A DNA stretch of 64,000 nucleotides from a virus. Positions 55,556 to 64,000 of the stretch are shown here, one piece after another. A program made the position numbers and the translations under genes. Under the pieces are notes generated by a model, which saw only the letters and a program-made list of their open reading frames with translations, made no database searches and was not told the origin of the DNA. The stretch spans positions 37,534 to 101,533 of the IMG/VR virus record IMGVR_UViG_3300005825_000057. One strand, given 5' to 3'. The stretch's first letter is position 1. Every line of letters begins with the position of its first letter.

Positions 55556-57490
55556 TTAATCTACGATACTATCCTTGATGAATCGCACACCAACGTCTAA
55601 CCCAGCCGTGGTTATTGTGCCTGTTGTATCGAATGGTATATATCCTTTAAGTCTCACTCTTACCAAAACTGCTTCGGGTGCTGTATAAGCATAAGAAGTA
55701 GTGAAGATGCCAGAAGCATTGGTTGTTCCATCAATAATGTAAACTGCCCCCGGATCAGTTTGAATTCTTACTCTCGCTCCTTGAACCGCATTACCAGATT
55801 CGTTCTTGACTGTAACTGTTAGAGTTACGGAGTTCACAACAGTAGTGCTAGAGCCTGAGCCATTTCTAATTGTTGGAGTATCACCACCATTTACCACGTT
55901 GATCGTTACTGCTCCACCACTGTTGTTATAAACAGCGGCATCCATAGAACTGATATAATGTGTTTCTGTGCCAGTTGCCGTTAAATTTATACGGCTTGTA
56001 TCTGAGTTGGCATTGGCAACGCTAGTATAGAATGCCAATAAGTTTGCCGACACAGCACGAACATAATATGTCGTGGAATCTGTGAGGCCCATATTGACGC
56101 TACCGCCCTGTTTGTTGTAGCGAATGGCATTGCCAGTTGTATAACCATGAGCGGTTTTGGTAACTGTTTCTGCTGAACCATCTACATCAGTGGTTGTATT
56201 AAATCCAAATACTGTTGGTCCATATCCGCTAAATTTCAAAGCATCAAAAGTAATAGACCCTGTATTGCCTATCTTTATTCCGTGACCTTTGATGTCGTTG
56301 GTAGTTGATGCCGCACAAGTAAAAGAACACCTTTTAAGGTCGGTGTTAGCTCCCCATAAAATGGCGGCTTCTGAACCATCTGATGCTCCCACGAAACCGC
56401 TAAAAATGCAATTACGAACGACAATTCTACCGGGGTTCATTTGACCACAGCCGGAAACAGTGTTTCCACCAAATTCATGATTTGGTCCATTTGTAGCATC
56501 CGAAGAAAAAGTTAAAGCTCCCCGAAAATTGGTTATTGTAGAGCCATAAATTAAAACAAATTGGAGCGCAGAGTTTGAAGCCGTAAAGGGAGCAGATGTA
56601 TCCGCAGGAGCGGATACTGTAACTCCCGCAACTCCACTCATTGTATCTCCGGTTCCTGTTTTTGTGCCCCATCGAAAAGTAGTTGAACCAGTGGCGTTTC
56701 CTTGGATTGTTATGCTATATCTTCCACCACGAATACTACGATCTTCAAAAATCAAAGCTGAGTTATTTTCTACAAAATAAGATGCTGTTGTGCCAGTTGA
56801 ACCAAAAACAAGTGGTCCTTGGCAACCATAAACACCAGCAACTAATCTTCTGAAAATTCCATAACCCTTCAAATTGGTTGTTGTTCTATCGTCAGCAGCA
56901 ATGTCATCCCAAGTTCCGGGGACACCAGATGTACCTGCGGTAAGTTGCAAACCTCCTGTGCCATATCGAATGGCATCCACGAAACAGTTGGCAACACCAC
57001 CCTTAGACTTGGCAAGAGTTTTGAATCCAACGCCAATTTGCGTAATAGCAGCAAGATTTAAACTTCCCGCCGATCCAGCATAAGCCGTTAAAGATGCTGG
57101 CAAGTTAGCTGTATCTACAAGGAGGCTTTGCCATGTTACAGGACCGTCAGGATGTCTAAATGTTGCTCTATCAGAACCGGCCAGATGATAACCAATGCGA
57201 TTCGTACCATCTCCCAAAATGAGAGTTACACCACCGTTAGTCAGTGTGTCCATCTGACCGAAGGGAGCGGCCCATGCATAAACTAAATTGTTTTGTAGAT
57301 TGGTTGATCCAACTGTATAATACAATTGGGCTGTGGCGGTAGAAACTACTATACCCAAACAACCCGTTGCTTCTACTGGATCGGGGTCCGAAGTAAAAAC
57401 GGCAAGACCCGTACCTGTAACGGCAGTCCAGCTACCTGTAGCATCTGCTTCTGATGGTGTTGTTCTTAAATCTGTTACCGTTAATGCCAT
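55556..57490 (-). CDS. Virion structural protein (tail fibre/appendage-like)
   Basis: 644 aa, Gly/Thr/Ser-rich, beta-strand-like. Confidence 0.65.
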   Translation of the reverse strand: MALTVTDLRTTPSEADATGSWTAVTGTGLAVFTSDPDPVEATGCLGIVVSTATAQLYYTVGSTNLQNNLVYAWAAPFGQMDTLTNGGVTLILGDGTNRIGYHLAGSDRATFRHPDGPVTWQSLLVDTANLPASLTAYAGSAGSLNLAAITQIGVGFKTLAKSKGGVANCFVDAIRYGTGGLQLTAGTSGVPGTWDDIAADDRTTTNLKGYGIFRRLVAGVYGCQGPLVFGSTGTTASYFVENNSALIFEDRSIRGGRYSITIQGNATGSTTFRWGTKTGTGDTMSGVAGVTVSAPADTSAPFTASNSALQFVLIYGSTITNFRGALTFSSDATNGPNHEFGGNTVSGCGQMNPGRIVVRNCIFSGFVGASDGSEAAILWGANTDLKRCSFTCAASTTNDIKGHGIKIGNTGSITFDALKFSGYGPTVFGFNTTTDVDGSAETVTKTAHGYTTGNAIRYNKQGGSVNMGLTDSTTYYVRAVSANLLAFYTSVANANSDTSRINLTATGTETHYISSMDAAVYNNSGGAVTINVVNGGDTPTIRNGSGSSTTVVNSVTLTVTVKNESGNAVQGARVRIQTDPGAVYIIDGTTNASGIFTTSYAYTAPEAVLVRVRLKGYIPFDTTGTITTAGLDVGVRFIKDSIVD

Positions 57491-57491
57491 A

Positions 57492-57914
57492 TTACCTCAT
57501 TTTCAACATTCTATCGTATAAAACTAAAATTGCTGCTTGATGAGGCCATAGAAGACCTTGGTTTTGCACAGTTTCTATTTTTAAAGATAAATCACCTTCT
57601 CTAAAATATGTTGCAAAGGCAGATTGAGATGCTTTGCCAAATATATAAAGAGCTTTCGGTGGATGTACAAAATCATTAAGAGTATTTTGTCCATTTTCGT
57701 CTACGAAAATTACGGTTAAATCTGGATTGGCAGCAATGACATCAGATAATTCTGGATATTCTGTTACTGCTGGTTCGTTAATGCCAGTAATTGGACACAT
57801 ATCCCATTCGTCAATTCCAAAGTCTTGAAGAGGGAATTTCCAAAATGAACATTCTGTCAATGGGGCGGACCAACCAAATTCCCACAGACCGGCCACTTTC
57901 ACGATATTATCCAC
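57492..57914 (-). CDS. SPOUT (TrmH/TrmL-like) methyltransferase-like protein
   Basis: LNDFVHPPKALYIFG..LKIET..LWPHQAAILVLYDR resembles the trefoil-knot region. Confidence 0.5.
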   Translation of the reverse strand: MDNIVKVAGLWEFGWSAPLTECSFWKFPLQDFGIDEWDMCPITGINEPAVTEYPELSDVIAANPDLTVIFVDENGQNTLNDFVHPPKALYIFGKASQSAFATYFREGDLSLKIETVQNQGLLWPHQAAILVLYDRMLKMR

Positions 57915-57989
57915 AAGGAACTCCTAAAAAACAAAAATTGAATCTATATAACAGTACGACAATATTTATGTTCTGGGGAGAAATTAAAT

Positions 57990-60932
57990 ATGGCAATTAG
58001 TAGCGATTGGAATATTGATTATACAAACAAAATCATCAGCCACATTGATGGTGATTTAGATTATGATACGGGTGCAGGCACACAACCTCCTGTATCTGCT
58101 GTTATTTATGGCGGCACAACGAGTGCTTTGGGCAAAATTCTTGCTAGATCAGGCACCGCCGCAACAGGTACATTTACCTTGACCGATGTTGAAGGTCAGT
58201 TTAATAACAATGAAACTTTAACCTATTTAGATTCCGTTGGCTTTGACAACGTGACCAATAGTGGTTTTGTTGTTGGAGATACCATTACTGGCGCTTCTTC
58301 GGGTAGAACTGGCATAGTAAGAAAAATTGAATATTATGGCGGTGTAGGCACAGCTTGGGGCGATTTTGGCACAGGTTCTTGGACTGACAATGAAAATATT
58401 CAAGTTGGTGGTCAAACACGAGCTTTAGCCGCTGGTGTTGGTGCTGATAATACAGGCACATGGACTGCTGCTTTGGTAAATGAGCCAACCAATCAAACAA
58501 TCACTCAACCAACACTTTCTACAATTTTGAACTTTAATGCAGATTTGACAACTAATATTGAACTCCCCCGTTTTGCATATGTTCAAAATGCAGCTTCCGC
58601 ACCTACCGCTACAGGTTATATTCAGAAAGTATATGGTACAACCAACTTAGGTTCTGTACGTTTAATTGACGTAACTGGAACTTGGGCAGATAATGATATT
58701 ATTTATGTTGGCAATAAAGTAACATACAACAACGTACAAAGTGGTCAATCTTTCAAGGTTGGCGATACTGTGGTTGGAGCCACTTCTTCGGCCACAGGTA
58801 AAGTTTTGGTTGATACGGGTACAAAACTTACATTATTAAATCAATCTGGAACATTTACAGATACAGAAAATCTAACAGTTGGTGGTGTTTGGATTGCAAG
58901 TGTAAACGGTGTAGCCGCTGCTCAGATTACTGATCCTCATGCTACTCAAAACGGTGCTGCAATTGTAGAACAATTAGCTCAAGACGGTGGTATTTATAAC
59001 GCAACTGGTTTGAATGTAGTTCGAGACTGCAACGCTCTTTATACCTTCTTACAGGATACATTTGATGAACTAGGTGCTTTGGATGATACGATTCCAATGA
59101 CTGCTCAGGTTAAATTGCAGCAGTACACCTTGGTTAATGGTTGGAGAATTCCTGATCTTAGCTTTAGATTCTTGGAATCTGGTTCTATTCAGGACAGTTC
59201 TTTGGATAACATTTGGACGTGTTATCAAACGATTGGTACGGTTGACTTAATTTCTGACTTGTCTTATGGGGCAACCAGTCCTCAGCCTCGCATGTATGTT
59301 GAACAAGATGGTTCGGTTTTGAGTCCTTGGTGGTTGCCGGGTCATATTGATATTTTGGGTAAAGTAAAAACAAGTACGGCTCCACAATATGCTGCAACTT
59401 CTACAGGTCAGTTTGTAAATGGTGGCACGACGACAATTTTCTGTCGTAACTTTGGATCAACTTACGATCACTTTGAAACGTCCACCATCGCCGGTGTTGC
59501 TCCGATTCCGTTGGCTACTCAGAATGACTTGAACAATCGTTCGGGTACTCACTTTATCAACTTTACATCTGCCGCTGGCTTTGTTGTGGGCGAAGAATTT
59601 TATGTTGCTACCAACAAAAATAAGCGTGGAATTATTCGATCTATTGATACAAATACAGTTTATTATGTGTTAACCGGATCGACACAGTTTGCTAATGCAG
59701 ATTCTGTAACAGGTTCTTTTTCTGCCTCTGCCACGACAACCTCTAGCGCTCCAACAGCCGTTGTAGCCGGATATGGCACAGACATTATTATTGCAACTGT
59801 TGATTTTACAGTTGCTGGAACTTTAACTTCTGGCGTGTTTATTCCCGGTGAAACAGTTACTAGCTCTGACGCTGGAACTGCTATTTTCATGGGATATGAT
59901 GATGAAAATACGCCAACTTTAATTTACATTGGCAATACCACAAGTGATTTTAATATTGCTAATACAGACACCTTAACAGGTGGTGCATCTGGTGCAATCT
60001 GGACTGCTTCTGCGGGTCAAGTTGATTCTTCAATTATTCCTAAGAATATTCAAGATGGTAATGGAGTTCAAAACTACAATGCTACGATTTTCTTGGATCG
60101 TACTGGCGCATCTTCTCAAACTCTTTTGAAAATGTACGAGTGGATCAAATATCGTACTCGTCGTGAAGAACTTCAAGGTGAGTTGGAATACAATTTGTTG
60201 GGTGGAGCGGGCACATTTGCTGGCGTTCAAGGTAGAATTTATACAACTTTGAGTTCAAGCTATCCGTTGGTTAAAGCGTCTCCTTTCGGAACCTTTGCCG
60301 GTGGTACGTTCTTCGGTGCCCAAGGTGTATTTATTCAGGATATGGCTGCGGCTGATATTCGTTCTTATCAGTTGATTGATTCGGCTGGTACATTGCGTTT
60401 CCCACCAAACCAACAGTCACTTGTTGTAAACGGTTTGGTTGCTGGCGACCGTGTGGCTGTATTCCGTCGTCCAAGCTCGACTCCGGGTTCTGGTATCGAC
60501 TTCAGCGAATACACAGTCCTTTCTCCATCTGGAAACTATAACGGTACTGGTGACAGTATCATTAAGGTTTCTGGTACGATTAGCACGGATATTCCTAATT
60601 CCGGTAAGGTTCGTCTCTATAACACTGGAACTGGTCTTTATGATTCTTACACTTATACTTCAGTAGATAGAACTGCTGGTGGTGGTGGAGAATTCTTAAT
60701 TTCAACCACTCTTCCGGGTGATTTGGCTGGAACAGAAGATGTTTACGTTCCATTGATTGAAACTCAAGCTGCTGGAACAAGCGTAACGGCAACAATTGTT
60801 TATCTTTCCGATATTCCATTGTTGGCTCGTGTTCGTCGAAAGGGAATTCTTCCATTCGAGGTTGAAGGTACATTCGGTTCTGGTGGTTCTACGATTACGG
60901 CTATCCGAACGACGGATACTATCGTAGACTAA
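57990..60932 (+). CDS. Large virion structural protein
   Basis: 980 aa, Gly/Thr-rich, repeated F.VG[DE]T[IV].G..S.ATG modules. Confidence 0.7.
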   Translation: MAISSDWNIDYTNKIISHIDGDLDYDTGAGTQPPVSAVIYGGTTSALGKILARSGTAATGTFTLTDVEGQFNNNETLTYLDSVGFDNVTNSGFVVGDTITGASSGRTGIVRKIEYYGGVGTAWGDFGTGSWTDNENIQVGGQTRALAAGVGADNTGTWTAALVNEPTNQTITQPTLSTILNFNADLTTNIELPRFAYVQNAASAPTATGYIQKVYGTTNLGSVRLIDVTGTWADNDIIYVGNKVTYNNVQSGQSFKVGDTVVGATSSATGKVLVDTGTKLTLLNQSGTFTDTENLTVGGVWIASVNGVAAAQITDPHATQNGAAIVEQLAQDGGIYNATGLNVVRDCNALYTFLQDTFDELGALDDTIPMTAQVKLQQYTLVNGWRIPDLSFRFLESGSIQDSSLDNIWTCYQTIGTVDLISDLSYGATSPQPRMYVEQDGSVLSPWWLPGHIDILGKVKTSTAPQYAATSTGQFVNGGTTTIFCRNFGSTYDHFETSTIAGVAPIPLATQNDLNNRSGTHFINFTSAAGFVVGEEFYVATNKNKRGIIRSIDTNTVYYVLTGSTQFANADSVTGSFSASATTTSSAPTAVVAGYGTDIIIATVDFTVAGTLTSGVFIPGETVTSSDAGTAIFMGYDDENTPTLIYIGNTTSDFNIANTDTLTGGASGAIWTASAGQVDSSIIPKNIQDGNGVQNYNATIFLDRTGASSQTLLKMYEWIKYRTRREELQGELEYNLLGGAGTFAGVQGRIYTTLSSSYPLVKASPFGTFAGGTFFGAQGVFIQDMAAADIRSYQLIDSAGTLRFPPNQQSLVVNGLVAGDRVAVFRRPSSTPGSGIDFSEYTVLSPSGNYNGTGDSIIKVSGTISTDIPNSGKVRLYNTGTGLYDSYTYTSVDRTAGGGGEFLISTTLPGDLAGTEDVYVPLIETQAAGTSVTATIVYLSDIPLLARVRRKGILPFEVEGTFGSGGSTITAIRTTDTIVD

Positions 60933-60945
60933 TTAGTATAATACT

Positions 60946-60976
60946 AAGGGGGAAGTTTACTTCCCCCTTTTTTTTA
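60946..60976 (+). terminator. Intrinsic terminator
   Basis: AAGGGGGAAGT-TT-ACTTCCCCCTT then T run. Confidence 0.85.
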
Positions 60977-61176
60977 GGGAGAAAATTATGGCTAATTGGG
61001 TTACTGTTTTAACCATTGAGCAAATTGAAGAAAGAGTTCAAAGGTGTGAACAACACATTTCTATCTTGCAAGAAAAAATTAAAGAACAAGAAGAAGTTAA
61101 ACAAGAATTACTCTTGATGAAATTAGATGCTCAAAGAAATGGCAAAAACATTTCCAAAAAGTCTAAATAATCAAGT

Positions 61177-61806
61177 ATGGCAATAGTATTCGATCCAGTA
61201 AACAAATTGATTCAACTAACATCGCCCACAACTAGCGTTACGGCTCAAGACCTTTACACCAACGCTATGGATTGGGCCGATGAGTTGGATAATTTGCAAT
61301 ATGACGTACCAATGGACGCCAATGGTAAATTCCAATTGGGTGGCGGCGTATATTCGGATATTATCTATCGTCTTTTGTCTAGTTGGAAATTAAAGTGGTT
61401 TGATGGCGACAAATCTGTTTTCGTTTCTGGCACTTTAATCACTGATGATAACACGCCTCGTACTGTTGCTGCCGATTCTGGCAATGTCGAAACAGTATTC
61501 CAAGTAAATACTTATGGCACCATTGAACAAACGGATGTTTCTGTCAATGGTTTTGTCAATGATTCGTCTATAGATGGTACAGAATTCGATGGCAACTCTT
61601 CTCTATCGTCCATTGATGATTTTTACAATGGTTCTGTTTTGGTATTTACGACAGGCGAATTAAAAGGCATTGCCCGAAAAGTAAGTGATTATATTGGTTT
61701 AAACAGAACATTTAGATTCTTAGGTGGGGCCGGTGCCGCCGACTCTGCTTTTCCTGTAGCACCTTCAGATCAAGACAAATTCAGAATCATTGGCAGAATG
61801 GTTTAA
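61177..61806 (+). CDS. Virion structural protein
   Basis: 209 aa in structural cluster, DDFYNGSVLVFTTG motif. Confidence 0.6.
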   Translation: MAIVFDPVNKLIQLTSPTTSVTAQDLYTNAMDWADELDNLQYDVPMDANGKFQLGGGVYSDIIYRLLSSWKLKWFDGDKSVFVSGTLITDDNTPRTVAADSGNVETVFQVNTYGTIEQTDVSVNGFVNDSSIDGTEFDGNSSLSSIDDFYNGSVLVFTTGELKGIARKVSDYIGLNRTFRFLGGAGAADSAFPVAPSDQDKFRIIGRMV

Positions 61807-61864
61807 CGTCCACGCTTATTAACCATATATACTCTGTGTTCTAACCACGGGGCGGTTAAAAAGC

Positions 61865-63898
61865 ATGGAATTTTTCTTTTTTACATCATCAGGCGTAGCT
61901 GGCGTTAATGTTTATGCCAGTGCAACTATCAATTGCACTGCTACCGTTACAGCTTCAGCCAGTAAAACTTCCAATGCTTCCGCCACAGTTCTTTGCTCTG
62001 GAACTGTAATTGCTTCTGGTCAGGTTGTTCATAAAGCAGCAAGCACGATCACATGCACAGGTGATATATCTGCCGCCTCTTCTGTTATATTTGCTGGTTC
62101 TTCGCAAATCACATGCACAGGTGATGTATCCGCTGCTGGAAATGTTGTTCAAAATGCTGCTGCTACAATTACATGCACGGGCGATATATCAGCTTCGTCT
62201 CATGTTACGCATAGTGCCGCAAGTACAATTACATGCACGGGCGATGTTGTTGCCGTTGGCAAGGTTTCTCAACGAAACGCCGCCACAATTACATGCACAG
62301 GCGATATTGTTGCCGCCTCTTCTGTTATATTTGCTGGTTCCTCACAAATCACATGCACGGGCGACGTTGTTGCCGCCTCTTCTGTTGTGTTTGCTGGTTC
62401 CTCACAAATCACATGCATGGGCGACGTATCCGCTTCGTCTCATGTTACGCATCGTGCTACAAGTACGATTACATGCACGGGTGATATATCTGCGGTTGGT
62501 TCAATTACTCAACGTGCTGCCGCTACAATTACATGCACGGGTGATGTATCTGCTTCGTCTCATGTTACGCATCGTGCTACAAGTACAATTACATGCACGG
62601 GTGATATATCTGCTTCGTCTCATGTTACGCATCGTGCTACAAGTACGATTACATGCACGGGTGATATATCTGCTGCTGGCAATGTTGCTCAAAATGCTGC
62701 CGCTACGATTACATGCACGGGTGATATATCTGCTTCGTCTCATGTTACGCATCGTGCTACAAGTACGATTACATGCACGGGTGATGTATCTGCTAATTCC
62801 TCTGTTGTATTTGTTGGTTCTTCACAAATTACATGCACGGGTGACGTATCTGCTTCGTCTCATGTTACGCATCGTGCTACAAGTACGATTACATGCACGG
62901 GTGATGTATCCGCTGTTGGCACAAAAGCATTGTTTGCTCAAGCCACTATTACATGCACGGGTGACGTATCCGCTGTTGGTACAAAATATGTTGGTGGTCA
63001 AGCCACGATTACATGCACGGGCGATGTATCTGCCGATCCTAGAGCAGATTTTGCTGGCAAAACCACAATTACATGCACGGCCACGCTTACAGGCGTACCA
63101 TCTATTTCCAGACAAACCTATGTGGTTATATCTGGAACAGCGACAGTTGTTGCCCGTGGTGGAATTTACAAACTTGGCAAATCCACAATTATTTGTACCA
63201 GCGATATGTCTGCCAAGGGCAAGAGAATTGTTGGCAATCAATATAGCATTAGATTTGCATTCCAAGACATCGTATTGGATGGAGCAGCCAAACAATACAG
63301 TGTTGTTTACGCACAATATGAACATAATCGTCCAGTAATTATTCTTGCCGAAAGAAATGGTAAGACATATCAAATGTCTGAAATATATCAATTTTCAGAA
63401 GCCGGATGGTTACACACTCAAATTGAGAATGAACAACTTGGCAATTCGTTAGATCATTTGTTAAAGTTGGGCAAAATCAATTCATATATTGAGCCAAGTC
63501 CCGGCTTTAAGATCACCTATGTCGGAGACATTCAGACAAATGGTGGTGAAGCCATACTTGGTTTGAGTGAAGAACATCTCAAGAAATTGGGCAAGATTAC
63601 TTCGTTCTACGAACCAACTGCCGGAAATTACAGTGTAACTTATACTTACAATGATTCATTAAGTGGTGAATTAGCCGCTGGAAAGGCCAATTTCCAATTA
63701 GAAAAATTGAAAAATATTTCTACTTTCTTCCAACCATTAGTTGGAAAAGTTTTGAAAAATATTTCTACAACCGAGATAAATTCTGCATCTTCTCTTTATG
63801 CTGATGCAGATACTCGTCTAAAGAAGCTAAATAATATAAATGGTTTTACGGTTCCTGTTCCGGGTCGTCAAAAAATCCTTCAAAAAACGAGTAAATAA
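61865..63898 (+). CDS. Repeat-containing virion protein (20-aa ITCTGD repeats)
   Basis: 677 aa with tandem 20-aa units. Confidence 0.75.
   Translation: MEFFFFTSSGVAGVNVYASATINCTATVTASASKTSNASATVLCSGTVIASGQVVHKAASTITCTGDISAASSVIFAGSSQITCTGDVSAAGNVVQNAAATITCTGDISASSHVTHSAASTITCTGDVVAVGKVSQRNAATITCTGDIVAASSVIFAGSSQITCTGDVVAASSVVFAGSSQITCMGDVSASSHVTHRATSTITCTGDISAVGSITQRAAATITCTGDVSASSHVTHRATSTITCTGDISASSHVTHRATSTITCTGDISAAGNVAQNAAATITCTGDISASSHVTHRATSTITCTGDVSANSSVVFVGSSQITCTGDVSASSHVTHRATSTITCTGDVSAVGTKALFAQATITCTGDVSAVGTKYVGGQATITCTGDVSADPRADFAGKTTITCTATLTGVPSISRQTYVVISGTATVVARGGIYKLGKSTIICTSDMSAKGKRIVGNQYSIRFAFQDIVLDGAAKQYSVVYAQYEHNRPVIILAERNGKTYQMSEIYQFSEAGWLHTQIENEQLGNSLDHLLKLGKINSYIEPSPGFKITYVGDIQTNGGEAILGLSEEHLKKLGKITSFYEPTAGNYSVTYTYNDSLSGELAAGKANFQLEKLKNISTFFQPLVGKVLKNISTTEINSASSLYADADTRLKKLNNINGFTVPVPGRQKILQKTSK
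62041..63080 (+). repeat. Coding tandem repeat, 18 units of 60 bp
   Basis: AT(C/T)ACATGCA recurs at an exact 60-bp period from 62048 to 63068. Confidence 0.95.
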
Positions 63899-63901
63899 GA
63901 T

Positions 63902-64000
63902 ATGGATAAATTCAGCGAATATTTGAAAAACAAAAGAATTCTGACAGAAGATATGGCTCCACCGCCGCCTGCTGGTGGTGCAGCACCACTACCGCCTCCC
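63902..64000 (+). CDS. Partial CDS running off the window
   Basis: MDKFSEYLKNKRILTEDMAPPPPAGG.. Confidence 0.6.
   Translation, partial: MDKFSEYLKNKRILTEDMAPPPPAGGAAPLPPP

Noticed and set aside
62041-63080. CRISPR-like periodicity (constant plus variable segments)
   Set aside because: Exact 60-bp in-frame period, third-position variation, repeated 'spacers' and no cas genes: it is a coding repeat.
62010-63338. 442-aa alternative-frame ORF and antisense ORFs over the repeat
   Set aside because: Shadow ORFs produced by a stop-free periodic repeat.
1-64000. Stop-codon reassignment as seen in some large phages
   Set aside because: Long genes are intact in code 11, TAA, TGA and TAG all end ORFs, and no suppressor tRNA was seen.

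Overview
This 64 kb window looks like part of a large lytic, T4-related jumbo phage genome: AT-rich, gene-dense, genetic code 11, no rRNA operon, integrase or CRISPR array. It holds replication genes (5' part of a DnaB/gp41-like helicase, a thumb-less PolA, UvsW-, Dda- and SNF2-like helicases), auxiliary metabolic genes (pyrB, amidinotransferase, ferredoxin-thioredoxin reductase, thioredoxin, glycosyl/methyl/sulfo-transferases), an RNA end-repair trio and virion/tail genes at the right end. The most striking content is an RNA-based translation module. (1) A 26-codon leader ORF samples all six Ser codons, both Phe codons, four Leu codons and a Tyr codon. It is coupled to an intrinsic terminator directly upstream of a tRNA array whose readable anticodons are only Leu, Ser, Tyr and Phe, which suggests a tRNA-depletion-sensing attenuator controlling a matched backup tRNA set. 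(2) The array contains non-canonical tRNA scaffolds and several tRNA-like RNAs. (3) A ~277-nt RNA reproduces 23S rRNA helices 43/44 around a pseudoknotted insert. (4) A ~241-nt minimal RNase P RNA has its own promoter. Also notable are mini-genes made of major-capsid or ribonucleotide-reductase fragments fused to a shared tail, and several proteins with T4-like capsid-targeting leaders. All calls come from reading motifs and base-pairing by eye; no searches were run. Many small hypothetical ORFs are not listed individually.
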